A program made the translations under genes and the position numbers. 64,000 nucleotides of DNA from Botryllus schlosseri. Taxonomy: Eukaryota. Location: contig CM119372.1 in the NCBI GenBank assembly GCA_051294905.1, positions 2,730,001 to 2,794,000 of the forward strand, in the 5' to 3' direction. The notes beneath the pieces were generated by a model. That model saw only the letters and a list, made by a program, of their open reading frames with translations. It was not told the DNA's origin and did no database searches. Shown one piece after another: positions 37,901 through 48,582 of the stretch. Positions within the stretch are counted from its first letter, which is position 1, and the number at the start of each line of letters is the position of its first letter.

Positions 37901-38658
37901 AATTCACCTATCATGTTGTCCACCGATTTAGAGAATTCCAACCAGTTTGCTCGTTGCAGGCACCACTTTGTTGGTCTTGTTTCACTTCGGTTTTGACCTA
38001 TATTACAATAGGTGAGAACTACGAAGTGGTCGCTTCCTAAAAGGTGTGGTGAGACCGTAGTGCGGCATTTGTGGGCGATACTTGGTGAAGCAAGCGTCAT
38101 ATCGATGAGAGACCATCGATGCTCGGCGTTTACGGACATATTGATCCTGGTTGGTTGAGAGGTGTTTACTGCAACGATGTTGTTTCTGTCTATAGCTTCG
38201 TAAAGACGGCTACCACGCTGGTTGTTTGTATGACTCCAAGACCAATGGTGGGCGTTGAAATCTCCGCATACGACACTGCGAGATGGTAGGCAGTCGAGAA
38301 ATGACAAATCATTCGTTTCTAGTCGACAGTCGGGAGACACGTAGACGTTGAATATCGCCGTGGTCCCAACTTTTACACAAAGTAGTTCGAAACATTGCGA
38401 CGTTATAGATGGGTCCTCAGTTGAGCTTAGCGCTTCGGAGACGAATGTTGCGAGACCACCTTTATGGACGGTATTGTCCCTTCTAAATAGTTTGTATCCT
38501 TTTAATTTTGGCGTGTATTTAGCAATAAGATGGGTCTCCTGAAGTACTATAACGTCCGGTTTATGATCAAGGGATGTCAGGAAATTTTTGAACTCGTATA
38601 GCTTGCGGTAAATACCGCGGCAATTCCATTGTAGCACTGCGAGTTGTTTATGCGTCAT
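34927..38658 (-). CDS. LINE ORF2: APE endonuclease, reverse transcriptase, RNase H, C-terminal zinc finger (1243 aa, intact)
   Basis: QWNCRG, LQET, GDFNAH, SDH (APE); YRPISL, PQGSVLSP, YADD (RT); YTDGSK, ILSDC, WIPSHSGIYGNEIAD (RNase H); CDFC..DTVEHFLLSC. Confidence 0.95.
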   Translation of the reverse strand: MTHKQLAVLQWNCRGIYRKLYEFKNFLTSLDHKPDVIVLQETHLIAKYTPKLKGYKLFRRDNTVHKGGLATFVSEALSSTEDPSITSQCFELLCVKVGTTAIFNVYVSPDCRLETNDLSFLDCLPSRSVVCGDFNAHHWSWSHTNNQRGSRLYEAIDRNNIVAVNTSQPTRINMSVNAEHRWSLIDMTLASPSIAHKCRTTVSPHLLGSDHFVVLTYCNIGQNRSETRPTKWCLQRANWLEFSKSVDNMIGEFSSGDVEQLNSEIANCLKMAAKISIPRSRASTKIPVPWWNEDCARAVRRKKAAFQKMKRTFAMTEVINFKKMRSECRKVILSAKRKCWEAFCDSVNQKTSSSRIWKTIAAMSGSTSLRTMPTMYSGDNSYHDDRSKAQIFSSVFSDVSSNHNYSSTFQSNQLEFMRSNDIIPGFESGNELAINMPFSLAELRSAVHSRRDSCPGEDSICYAMLKNLSRFATSRLLNLFNKSWIKGQIPRDWKHSIVIPILKPGKDTSDPTSYRPISLTSHLSKVFEVMIARRLRWFLESQSLLHHSQSGFREGRSTLDHIMRMHDTAYKAINNQRSTVAVFLDFERAYDMVWRSGLLHKLSQLGIRGRMLKWIANFLNGRTFQVRVGVSLSDTGHLENGIPQGSVLSPLLFTVMLNDLPPLIPSQIGLYADDSAIWESGLSIPSLVSSLQTSLDTVQKWCDQWGFTLSKSKSVALVFSKKRNIPEISLTIENHRIELVNSFKYLGVTFDKTLSYKDHITNIVKKCCQRLNILRALTSTNWGANRRSLLRLYRSVIRSVVDYGMPAYFFAPKCHINKIEVVQNQALRLCCGAMRSTPICVLEASCNEFPLHLRHKYLCCVYRCHLLRHPPGSHPTLGLLEDSWEEIYSLTKPNFVTFNIVSKSPILAEFSVRQRYPTFREPWSVSPLNVHTQLCGVISRLDTPHKVNSIFKDFLFEVCDQYIEVYTDGSKTSTATGYGVYIPQKLMKYSQTCSPLKSVITVELDAIMYALSWIIENGLSTDKFVILSDCLSAIQTIGEPLDMPSHILNAMYPYLEQIKRAGIDVAISWIPSHSGIYGNEIADELARTAASQPPPLWSPTIQFSDAKSAIRKSIRSRWDTEYRNNEKGCHYRVFQTSIFDRISSDGISRRHENILFRLRSGHCRLNVHLFKIGCIDSPLCDFCFVPDTVEHFLLSCCKYAHHRRTVKHYCEGLHLAFSTYNLLVNPLLFTAVIEFVDSCNILL

Positions 38659-39995
38659 GGCTGCCAGTATCCTTTCCCTGCTGATATTGGTCCACCAAAT
38701 TTGACGAGCCCTGGAGCGCGGTAGGGGAGATCTCGTGGCCTAAATAGCTACTGGACACTTTGGCCACTATGTTGAATATATCGGTGTCTCCACACTTGGA
38801 TGCAGATATTGTTAGCTGAACAATTTGTGCAATCATTGCTAGCAGTTGTACGGTCTCGATTTTCGGTACTTCATTGTCATTGCTTCTAGGTACAGTGCTC
38901 ACGGGGTTCAATGACACCTGTGGAGATGGTGACATATTTCCACGTTGAAGATGTCTAAGATCGCCATCGTTTTGTGCTAGACGCGCTGCGGGGCCGCGAA
39001 CTTTCTTACTATTTGGGGTAGAGGCTGCTTTGTGTGCGTACGAGACTGCACTGTTATCACATTGAATATTTGGTGTTGCTGGCTGCGTGCGAATGAAAGT
39101 CCTAGCTTCGTCGTATGTAATGTTCGAGCGTTCTTTCACGACCTGAATCTTGGCCTCTTCTCTATACGTCGGACATCCTGCGTAAGCGGCGCTGTGCGAT
39201 TGATGGCAATTAAGGCATTTCTTATCATTGGGACAAGATTCGTATTTGTGGTCTCGACCACCGCATTTTGTGCAGCTGTGTTTACCTCTACATGCTTTCG
39301 CTGTATGTCCGTACCGATTGCAATTAAAGCACCTTGTTGGAGGCGGATTGTAAGTATGTGTTTTGAAGCGCAAATACCCGAAGGTAACATACGACGGAGT
39401 CTGCTCGGAATCGAAACCAAGTAGAACAGTCATGCTAGCCACAAGATCCTTATCAGACCTCCTTTTAAGTCGCTTCGTGAACGTGACCTGGAAAGAGTTC
39501 AACTCCTCTAACAATTCGGAATCCGATATGTCAAAGGGTACGCCCTTTATAACACATCGGGAAGCGCACGGTTTACGATAATCACGAATCGAAGCCTTGA
39601 TCGGTATGCTGGTTTGTGTGACGGTGTCCTTGATGTGGTCAGATTCTAATATTAGTTTAACCTGCCTTTGATTGTGGCATTTTATAGCAATGTCTCCGGA
39701 CGGTAAGGGTTTTATTTCGTCGTAACTGCCTATAAGGGAGTGCAGAGCCCTGTTTACCTGGGTGGGATGATAGCGGGTCATACGTCTATCCTGCCCGGAT
39801 ATTATAATCTGAAGATCGGTTCTACCTGCAGGAGTGGACTGTTGAGGTGTGATTACGGCAGCAGTCACCGATTCGGCTGCTGAATAAGATGCCGTGGTCT
39901 GGGTTGAAGTATTTTTATCATTACCATTACTGGCGCAAGGAGCCGTGGAATCTCTATTGTTAGCCGGTCGGAAGGTTCGATGTTCAGGAGGGGTG
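38648..39995 (-). CDS. LINE ORF1, gag-like nucleic-acid-binding protein with CCHC knuckles
   Basis: RCFNCNRYGHTAKAC, CTKCGGRDH, CLNCHQSH..AYAGCP. Overlaps ORF2 by 11 nt. First ATG is at 39781 and the frame is open to the junction. Confidence 0.9.
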
Positions 39996-41556
39996 GAAAA
40001 CAGCAGATCTTCTGCTGGCTCAGCACTTTGATACAAGCTCTACCTATCGCGCACATATACATGAATATCCGTCTTTTCAAAAAATATTTATGGACGTTCA
40101 AAATTTGTTGCTCGAACGTATCATCGGTCCCCACCCGGTGGGTCCAATGGCACACAACCCGGGGACCTATGAGACATATACTCTCAGAAACTCAGATGTG
40201 ACAATTTTTCTTGCTCATTTTTATATATTCTAAGCTACAGCAAGCCAAAAAAGAATGTTTGGTCGCAACCGTCAAAAAATATAATAAATATTAACACAAA
40301 TGTTGCCATAAAATCACGTTTCGATTTAGGCTCGAACTTATAAATTTGAGGGTATATACATATTGCCCGAAAATCGACAGTATGACTTCCAAATACCTAG
40401 TTATAGCGATAAAACATAATATGCAATTATTACATTAAGAGTTTCTGTACGTAGGCCTGTTTCAGTTGTTTCATGACTAGTATGCTTGATTATTTCGCTT
40501 GATTTGGCTATTGTATCATCGGTCCCCACCCTACGAATTTTACACATGAATCGAAAAAAATTCCACTCAAGGAAGGTATTGAAAAAAATAATAGGTGCCA
40601 TTATATAGCCTGATACAAGCTCTACACTTCACATTAAAAATGATTGCTTGTTTTTTCGTGTTGAAGATTACAAATAAAAATGTATATGTCAATCTAAATT
40701 TAGTTTACACCCCCCAAAACAGAAAACATTTGTCAAAGACCTCATAGTTCGTGCACGTCGAAATTTTTTGTATGTGGGGAAAAATTTTGCCATTATGCAA
40801 TTGTAGACAAGTTCACGGAGTTTAATCATGGAAGTATCATAGAGAATTTTAAAAGTATTTTCGGTCCCAGTGATCTATCGGTACCACATCTCCCCTACAC
40901 AACAAAACAAGTTAACAATTTTGAGTTTTTGAGCGTATGTCTCATAGGTCCCATGGTCGTGTGCCTTTGGACCCACCGGGTGGGGACCGATGACACGTTC
41001 GAGCAACAACTTTTAAACGTTTATAACTATTTTTGGAAAAGGCGGATATTCATGTACATGTCTGCGATAGGTGGAGCTTGTATCGAAGTGTTGAGACAGC
41101 AAAAGATCTGCTATTCTCGGCTGAAGATTTGGGGGCCAGATATCATTTTGCAATTTTTGATCCATCGGTATCACATCTCCCCTACTCATCACGAAATATA
41201 TTTGTTTCTGGGACGTTTGGGAGATTGAAGCGGTGCAATAAAAATTCAATAAAAAGGAGCAAGCATATCGCAAGCATACGAGTAGGTTACCGCAGGGATA
41301 TCTAGTTTCCAGATATCCCTGGGTTACCGTTACAGGGTGTGATTTATGCTGCTCACAAGGTAAACTGCTAGTAAGAAAAATGTTGTATTTCCTTCCTATC
41401 AGGTACATGATTTTAGCTAGAGCAGGGGTTCTCAAAGTGTGGGCCATGGCCCACTGGTGCGCTACAAGAGCATTTGGGGTGGGCCACAGAGCTATTTGGA
41501 AAATTTCAGAAATAATGTAAGTTTAGTAATATTTGTTTTGTTAATCGCTTAAAAAT
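39996..41556 (+). repeat. Right copy of the 1,561-bp direct duplication
   Basis: GAAAACAGCAGATC...ATCGCTTAAAAAT, matching 33234-34794. Confidence 0.95.
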
Positions 41557-43629
41557 AAATTCTTATTAGTTGATTATACGTAGGCTACATAAAGCTTTTC
41601 ATCCGACTCTGATGAGACGTAGTGGTAGCCTACATATGGAGTCAGCATTTCAAGTCGAAAATGGGAGGCAGAAACGGCGGCTTTTTCCACTGGCTATGAC
41701 TACCTATGGCTAACAGCAACTAATATAAATTGATTCTCTGCTTTCTTTCGCAAAACAATCGTCATATTTTCGTAATAGATGTTTGATTAGCGCGAGGCAC
41801 GGGGATAGTAGTAATTACCATGATTACAGACTTGCATTTGAATAGTATATTCATATTGAAATAAACCCAATTATTTTCGGCTGACACTTGTCAGGGGTAT
41901 AATCGTCAGCAACTATAGTAGAGAATTGGAAAGAACATTGTATATCAACAATCGTATCACAAAATATGACGTCACCAGCATTACATTACATTGCATTGCA
42001 TTACAACATTACACTTACATTTGCAAGTTACTGTACGCAAATTTTACCCCTTTAAGGGATATTAAGTATGAACCGCATGGGTATAATTTAGGGTCGACAC
42101 GGTGCGAGAGCTATCTGTCAGTATGTAATATTTGTTGAATTGATTGCAAAAAATCCTGCGATAATATTTATATATCCAAGGTCACTGTGTTGGGTAGTGT
42201 AGTTAATAAGCGAGACACGCAGAAAATATGGCTTGATCATGCGAATCAGCCGACCTTTGGCTAGAATTCACGATAAGATTTGTACGAATGTTTTTTTTTT
42301 CTGGAAAACATGGGCGAAGACCGTTGGGATGGATGTGCGACGAGTGAGCTCAGGCCCATATGAGACTCATTCATTTCGAGGCCAACCCCTTCTGCGTTTT
42401 GGCTGACATACTGCTGATAAAATGCGGTGCCGCTGATAAAATACGGTGCCCAAAACAGTAGCAGCGACAAAACCTTGGCAAAAATGACCGTCGCTGGATG
42501 GCCAAACATTTCTATATGTTGGCACGAAATGGTCCCGTTCTTGCAATCTGAGTAGACAGTAGCACAAATTCGACACGCAGAGAAATTTACTTCACCCTAA
42601 TTTGAAATCGCGTGAGTCAGACATATTTCATAGAGCTGTGTTTGGTAGAATTGTAGTGTGCGCGTTCTGTATGTAATACATGTCCGTAAAATCGTAGCAT
42701 AATACTGTAATACTAAAAATGAATACCTTTTCATGGGTGCTGCTCGCGTCGCGAGATACCACAGAAATTCAGATTTTGGTGGTAGTCTAAAATGCTGCTT
42801 AGAGGTTATTAAACTGTTATTAACTTTCAAGTTAAATTGAGCTAAAGAGACGAACAAACAGTATCTTGACTTTATTTGCTCTTCTCATATACTCGCGAGA
42901 CAGAAAATGGGAAATCGAAACCAAAACAGAACTCAAGGTTGGAACAACGTATTATAAGGTAGCGAGCTCTAATGTGTCTACTCTGCTTCATGATGTTGAA
43001 CCTTATTTTCCAAGACATCAAGCACAATCTTCAACACAAGCATGTGGATTTTTCACTGTTTCACCGTTTCATCCTGCGGGACCTTTGTGTCATTTCTCAA
43101 AAACGATTTCTACCAGAAAGCGTTTTTCACTCGGGGAAAATACGCTGTATTTTGGATATGCGTGCAGAACCATTCTTAAGACCTGGCCATTCAAGCACTA
43201 TTGTATGCGTTATTGTATAAAACCCAACAACTTGTTTGGCAGAGAAGCGTTTTAGTGAAATAGTTGAAATCAAAACGAGGGAAAAGAGTTGCCTTGTTAA
43301 TGAGACACTTCACGGCCTAAAACTATATAGTAGCCAATTTGTTGCACATCTGAACAGAATGTTCATATGTATCTTCATCTTCTTATTGTATATCAATTTT
43401 CTGTTGGCTTGTGCGAATGAAATTTATTTTCCATAAAAAGTGCGAATTAAGCTCAAAAAGGTTGAAAAGCACCGACGTATACTAATCGCGCAAAGTGATT
43501 GCTTTTCGCCTATACTTGGGGCCTTTTAATATGGGATAGGGCGCCATGCCATGCAGTGACGACGTATGATACGACGAGCTTCTTGTTCCGAGAGCATCGG
43601 CGCATCCCGAGGATTCGGCGGGATGTCAG

Positions 43630-44400
43630 AGACAGTTTTCGCCAATCTGTCCGCTTTTTCATTGCCGTGAATGCCCACGTGGCCAGGGATCCAGAGGAAT
43701 GACACGCTGACGTCGCGTTGTCCGAGTTGCTAAAGAGAGAAAAAAAATTCATAAACGAGCCTATGAATAGGATACAAGTTGGAATTACTTATGCAAACTA
43801 GGGCACTTGAACAGTCTGACAAAATGAGAAATTTGTTTGACGAGGAGCTGTTTCTGGAGATCCAGCTCAGAGCTTGGCCGATTGCTATTAGCTCCGCCGA
43901 ATGAACCATTGAACAGGCCTCCGTTACTGCCACATCAAGTGAAGGGACGCAAAAAGCCGCTCCACCCCCAACTGGATATTTAGACCCATTCGTATATATG
44001 AGCACGTGTTCATCGTAATGGTCGAAAACATGACTTAACCAAATCTGGTTGTAGGCACTGAAAACGTTCCGTGAAGACCTCTCTGCGAGGAAAGAGAAAT
44101 CCACACTTGGTTGATGCAGCAACCAAGGTGGAGACAAGAGTAACCGGTACCTGTCCTATCTGAAACGATTAAATAGCGATGATTTAGTATAAGTGTTGAA
44201 CGTTTGAAAGTCTGGATTCACGAAACTGTCAATATCCTGCCATGTTTCTTCAATAATTTTGCAAGTGAAAGAGTTGTTCGGATCCTGGTTCAACAGGTGA
44301 CAGTGGTAAGTCATAGAAATACCCAAATGTTCTTTGTTGCAGTCTATTATTCTAAGCGAAAGAAAGTCAAAATAGATTATTTGGTAAATACCGTCAGGAA
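43630..44400 (-). pseudogene. Degraded I-group LINE ORF2 fragment (RNase H region)
   Basis: IYTNGSK..HSAELIAI..FLILSDC, then frameshifted WIPGHVGIHGNEKADRLAK. Confidence 0.8.
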
Positions 44401-46697
44401 ATGGAATGAACAATAACTCAAACTTTTACATAACATGACTTTTCGATTCAAGCTCAAAATTACTCCATAATCCCATTAGTCGGCCAATAACCTCATTTGT
44501 TGGCATATATAGCGGATATTACATGAAACTGATGAAATTCAAAACGCTGTGAAGACAGACATCTACCACCGTTGGCATTGCAATAAAGAAAACTTGCTTG
44601 TATCACGATTAAAGTACACGAATATTTTAGGCATTCAATGCGACATAGAGCAATGATCGAATAATATCGTTTTTGCTGAGTCGTGTCACAAATTATGTCG
44701 CAAATTGGAATCCGGACATCTGAATTCTACGGTCTTGCCGGGAACAACACATTGGTGGCAATACGTTTCTGAATTAATTTAGACGCTATGGCATCGTCTA
44801 GCGAGAATGTGTGTGGTATTATTCTGAAGTTTGATCATTTCATTGTTGGTGAGCTATAGAGCTCAATGGTGACTACAGTGGCTATCAATAACCGGCATGA
44901 TTTGTTAATGAGTTTGTCGTTTGGTGGTAGTGCTGATTTTGTCAGTGATTCAAATTAATTTAGATTAAGAATTTAAGGAATGGATTATTGTATTGTTCAG
45001 CCCATAATTCCTATGATTCTAACTATTCATTTACAATCCAAGCGAGAGTAAACTTGGGTGGTTACGGACCAGGGCAATGCTTTTGAACCTCTGGGATACA
45101 TGCTTCTGCGGATGAAACAAAATTGCGGCGCGGATGACAAGTCTGTGCCGAAAGCGGCTTTTTAGTGGCACGCATAAAGTACATCAGTCCGCCTGAACCA
45201 GCGGCACGCGGGAAAAAATAACGCAAATTGACTTTTTGCTTTCTTTCGCTGAACAGTCATCATATTTTCGTAATAACAGATGCATTATCACGAGGCACGA
45301 ATATGGTAGTAAATTCCTTCATTACAAACTCACATTGGCAAGTTACTGTAACGCAAATTATTATCCCTTTTCAAAAGTATGGGTCGCAAAAAGGCAAAAT
45401 TTCGGTCGCCACGGTACCAAAGCGATCTGTTGTATGTAATATTTATTCAATATCTTGTAATTTCTTTTACAGCATCGTAGAGAAAAATGAACAAACTATA
45501 GTCAAACAATTTGAAGTTTGAAGTTTGATTTCTCTAATTAATGGACACGCGACCAACTTCTTGCATTTTCGAATTGACGTATAAAATTCTAGTGTAGCCT
45601 ATACGTGGTGGACCGGAAGGAAACTGGCCACGGACAGATGATTAGGAACCACTGCAGTCTAGTCAATAAGCGAGACTCACAGAAATTTGATTTGATCATG
45701 AAAATGCACCGCCCTTTGTATTACATTACATTTATGATTAAATTTGTCCGACTGGTTTATGCTGGACGACGCCGTCGATGACCGTTGGGATGCTTTAGTG
45801 TAGGGTTATTGAACGGGCGGGGACGGGCCTTAGATTTATTTCGAAGGCAAATCCTTTTGCATCGGTACACATGAAGACGTGAAGTTTTGGCCAACATACC
45901 GCTAGAAAGGTGCGGTGCCAAAACATCGGTGGCGACAAAACATAGCCCAAATCGACCGTCTCCGGTTGGCCAAAACTTTAGATATTGATATGCTCGGTCT
46001 TCGAAATGGTCGGCAGTCGGCACGGCATAGTCTCGTCCTTGCAATCGGAGTAGACAGAAGTATACAAATGCGACGCGCAGAGGAAAATAATTCACGCCAA
46101 TTTAAATTCGATGCGCGTGCTTTTTGTATTACAATTTTCGGTTGGTTTATGCAGGGGAAAGCACTGGACTATTGGAAACTGTTTCGTAAATCCGTAAATT
46201 GATAGCTCTCCTAGTACACCAAAGTCAGATTTAATCACAAAACACCGACAGTGGCGCTTATCGCCTGTTTAGGCCTTGTGCGCCACGACAATGCATTCGT
46301 AAAGTTCAGTCAGTTTCTTTGCTTTTGTATACTCTGGACGGCTTTCATGCTCGCGCACATCCACTCTTCCATTCGCGCTCACTTTCATGCGTCCTCTTGC
46401 CGGTCTCAGCTGCCGACTTCGGAGCTCGGCTCACTCTTCCTCTGGGCTTTTTCAAGGCGCTACGTTAACAGCGGGATCGGAAAGTCAGATTTATGAATAT
46501 ATGTTATCACGGCGTTCGCGGTCTACCAGGTGCGTTCAATCGAAAATCGTCACCAACGCTCTCCGCATATGTCCATTATAATGTCACATTGTGTTTTCTA
46601 ACCAATCAAACAGTTAGTCAAACGAATAGACCAATTATCCAGTGACAGTTACTGAGCGCAAGTTAGGAGCATATACATACATTCAAACTCATGTACG

Positions 46698-47133
46698 TTA
46701 GAGATGCACGGATCATGGTTTTTTGGGATCCGGATCCCATTCTGTTCGAAAAAATGGAATCCTGATCCAATCCGGATCATGTGTCCGTCTCGAATGTCAA
46801 AATCCGGATCCAAAAATATCCTGTACAATGTTGAGCATCTATCTTCCCCTGCCGTCGAAATCGTTTCAATTACACTTCGGCAATGCATTGAAGTTTTCTA
46901 TTAGGGATTTTTCGAAATAGTGGTGCAATGCCGAAGCCAGCTGAGTCCAAGTTCATAGAAAATATCGCAGTGAACAACGGACAGTCACTTTCATGAACTA
47001 CGAATTTAGAATTATGTCCTAATCCGGATCCGGCTTTTGGGCAAAAATGTGAATCCTGATCTTATCCTGTTCGAGAATAACTTGCCGGATCCCAGCCCGG
47101 TTACAATTGCAAATCCTGATCCTGTACATCCTA
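46698..47133. mobile_element. hAT-Ac-like MITE with GGATCC repeats
   Basis: TAGAGATGCACGGATC...GATCCTGTACATCCTA; TSD unclear. Confidence 0.6.
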
Positions 47134-48582
47134 ATTAAGCGCATATCGCATCAAACCGACGTGCTATGATTCGGAAATAATCGCCTTGCACGATTGGTTT
47201 TTCCGATTGTGTCTGTCCTAGAATTCGTACAGCTCTGTCCTAGAATTACCATATTAGAGCTGAGGGAGGTGTCTTGGAAAATGTAGGACCCGTAGATAAT
47301 ATTTAGACATATTCGCTCGTACCCGTTGGTATAATAAATTCGTTACATAATGTTATTTCGTGACCTCCTGTCAGCTATGTCAAAAGATATTGAAATCGCC
47401 ATAACGTACTAAACTAAAACACGGACCCGATTTCAAATTGGCATTTCTTCACTGGCAAATAACTTTTCTCTGCGGCATGGCATTTGTCTTGTAGGGTTCA
47501 GATTGCCAGGACAGGAACATTCGACGACAGCTATATAATTAGACGCCTATGGACAATTGAACATATATGCATAGCCTCTATATGGAAGTTTTCGGTCAGC
47601 ATAAGGACAGTCCTTTTCGGCCTTGGTTTTCCCGCTGCCGATCGTTCCGGCACACTTCTCGAAGTCGCTAGTTACTTGGCCTAAAAGTCCATATGTCTTA
47701 ATGTATCGTGGCGCAGTAATAGCCGACGCCGAAATGCTCATTTAAAAAAAATAGATCATGCGTTTTTTCTTGGAGGTAGGGTACCCAATAATCAAGACAT
47801 TTGGCCACATTAAATGTTTCAAGAAGTTAAATCAATTTTCGAAAAAATACTCTATAATTCATGTTAATTTATGAAATTATTTTGGTCTTCCTTCGAGCTC
47901 GGGCCCTCCCCAATTGGGAGGTTTGGGGTGTGGCAGTTACGGTCCTGGGTACAGCCAAATCGAGCCAAAATATAACGTTAAAAATATAATAAGTATTATG
48001 GCTCTGATACTACTTTCATGTAGTTTCTTCGATAAATGCATTAGGTCACTGCGTTACTTCGCTGCCTGAAATCCGAATTGATACGAACCGAACATGACTT
48101 TTGCTGTATTTTATAATAAATTCGAAATTTATTTCAATGCACACGTTTTCATCAATTCGGCAATTCTAATTGTAATCTGAATAGCTGGGGATGTCCAAGC
48201 TGTCCAACTCTCTGCGCTGTTGGTAGCGTCAGATCTCGCCATTATGACGTCATCATGATAACTGCGACGCCTGTCTCTTCAAAATTGTTGTTTTCTAATA
48301 TATATATATACGAAAGACATGTACTGTTTGTTTTCTGAAGTCGAACTCGGGTAATGCTTTCCGCGATATTGTCCGAGAAATGTACCACAGACACACAGTC
48401 CGTAGTTGTTGATATCATGGAATAAATGAATCAACAAATCTAGTAAAAGATGCCTAAAATGATTATTTTTTTACAAATAAGATAAAAATATATACACTGA
48501 GCGTCAAAAAATGTCCGTTGCGAGTGTCACAATCACACGATCCTGCAAATGAATCGTTGACGTAATCCAAAGAATTTCACAG

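Larger units (their letters stand above)
34795..39995 (-). mobile_element. Young I-group (I/Nimb-like) LINE, probably 5'-truncated, with (TAA)n tail
   Basis: Two open ORFs, a short 3'UTR and a (TAA)n tail at ~34793-34810; no 5'UTR visible. Confidence 0.93.

Noticed and set aside
33234..41556. LTR retrotransposon interpretation of the direct repeats
   Set aside because: No TG..CA ends, PBS, protease or integrase. ORF2 is APE-type with a (TAA)n tail, and the repeats cut through unrelated MITEs.
41585..41670. Hammerhead-like CTGATGAGAC...GTCGAAA
   Set aside because: Stems I and III cannot be paired convincingly.
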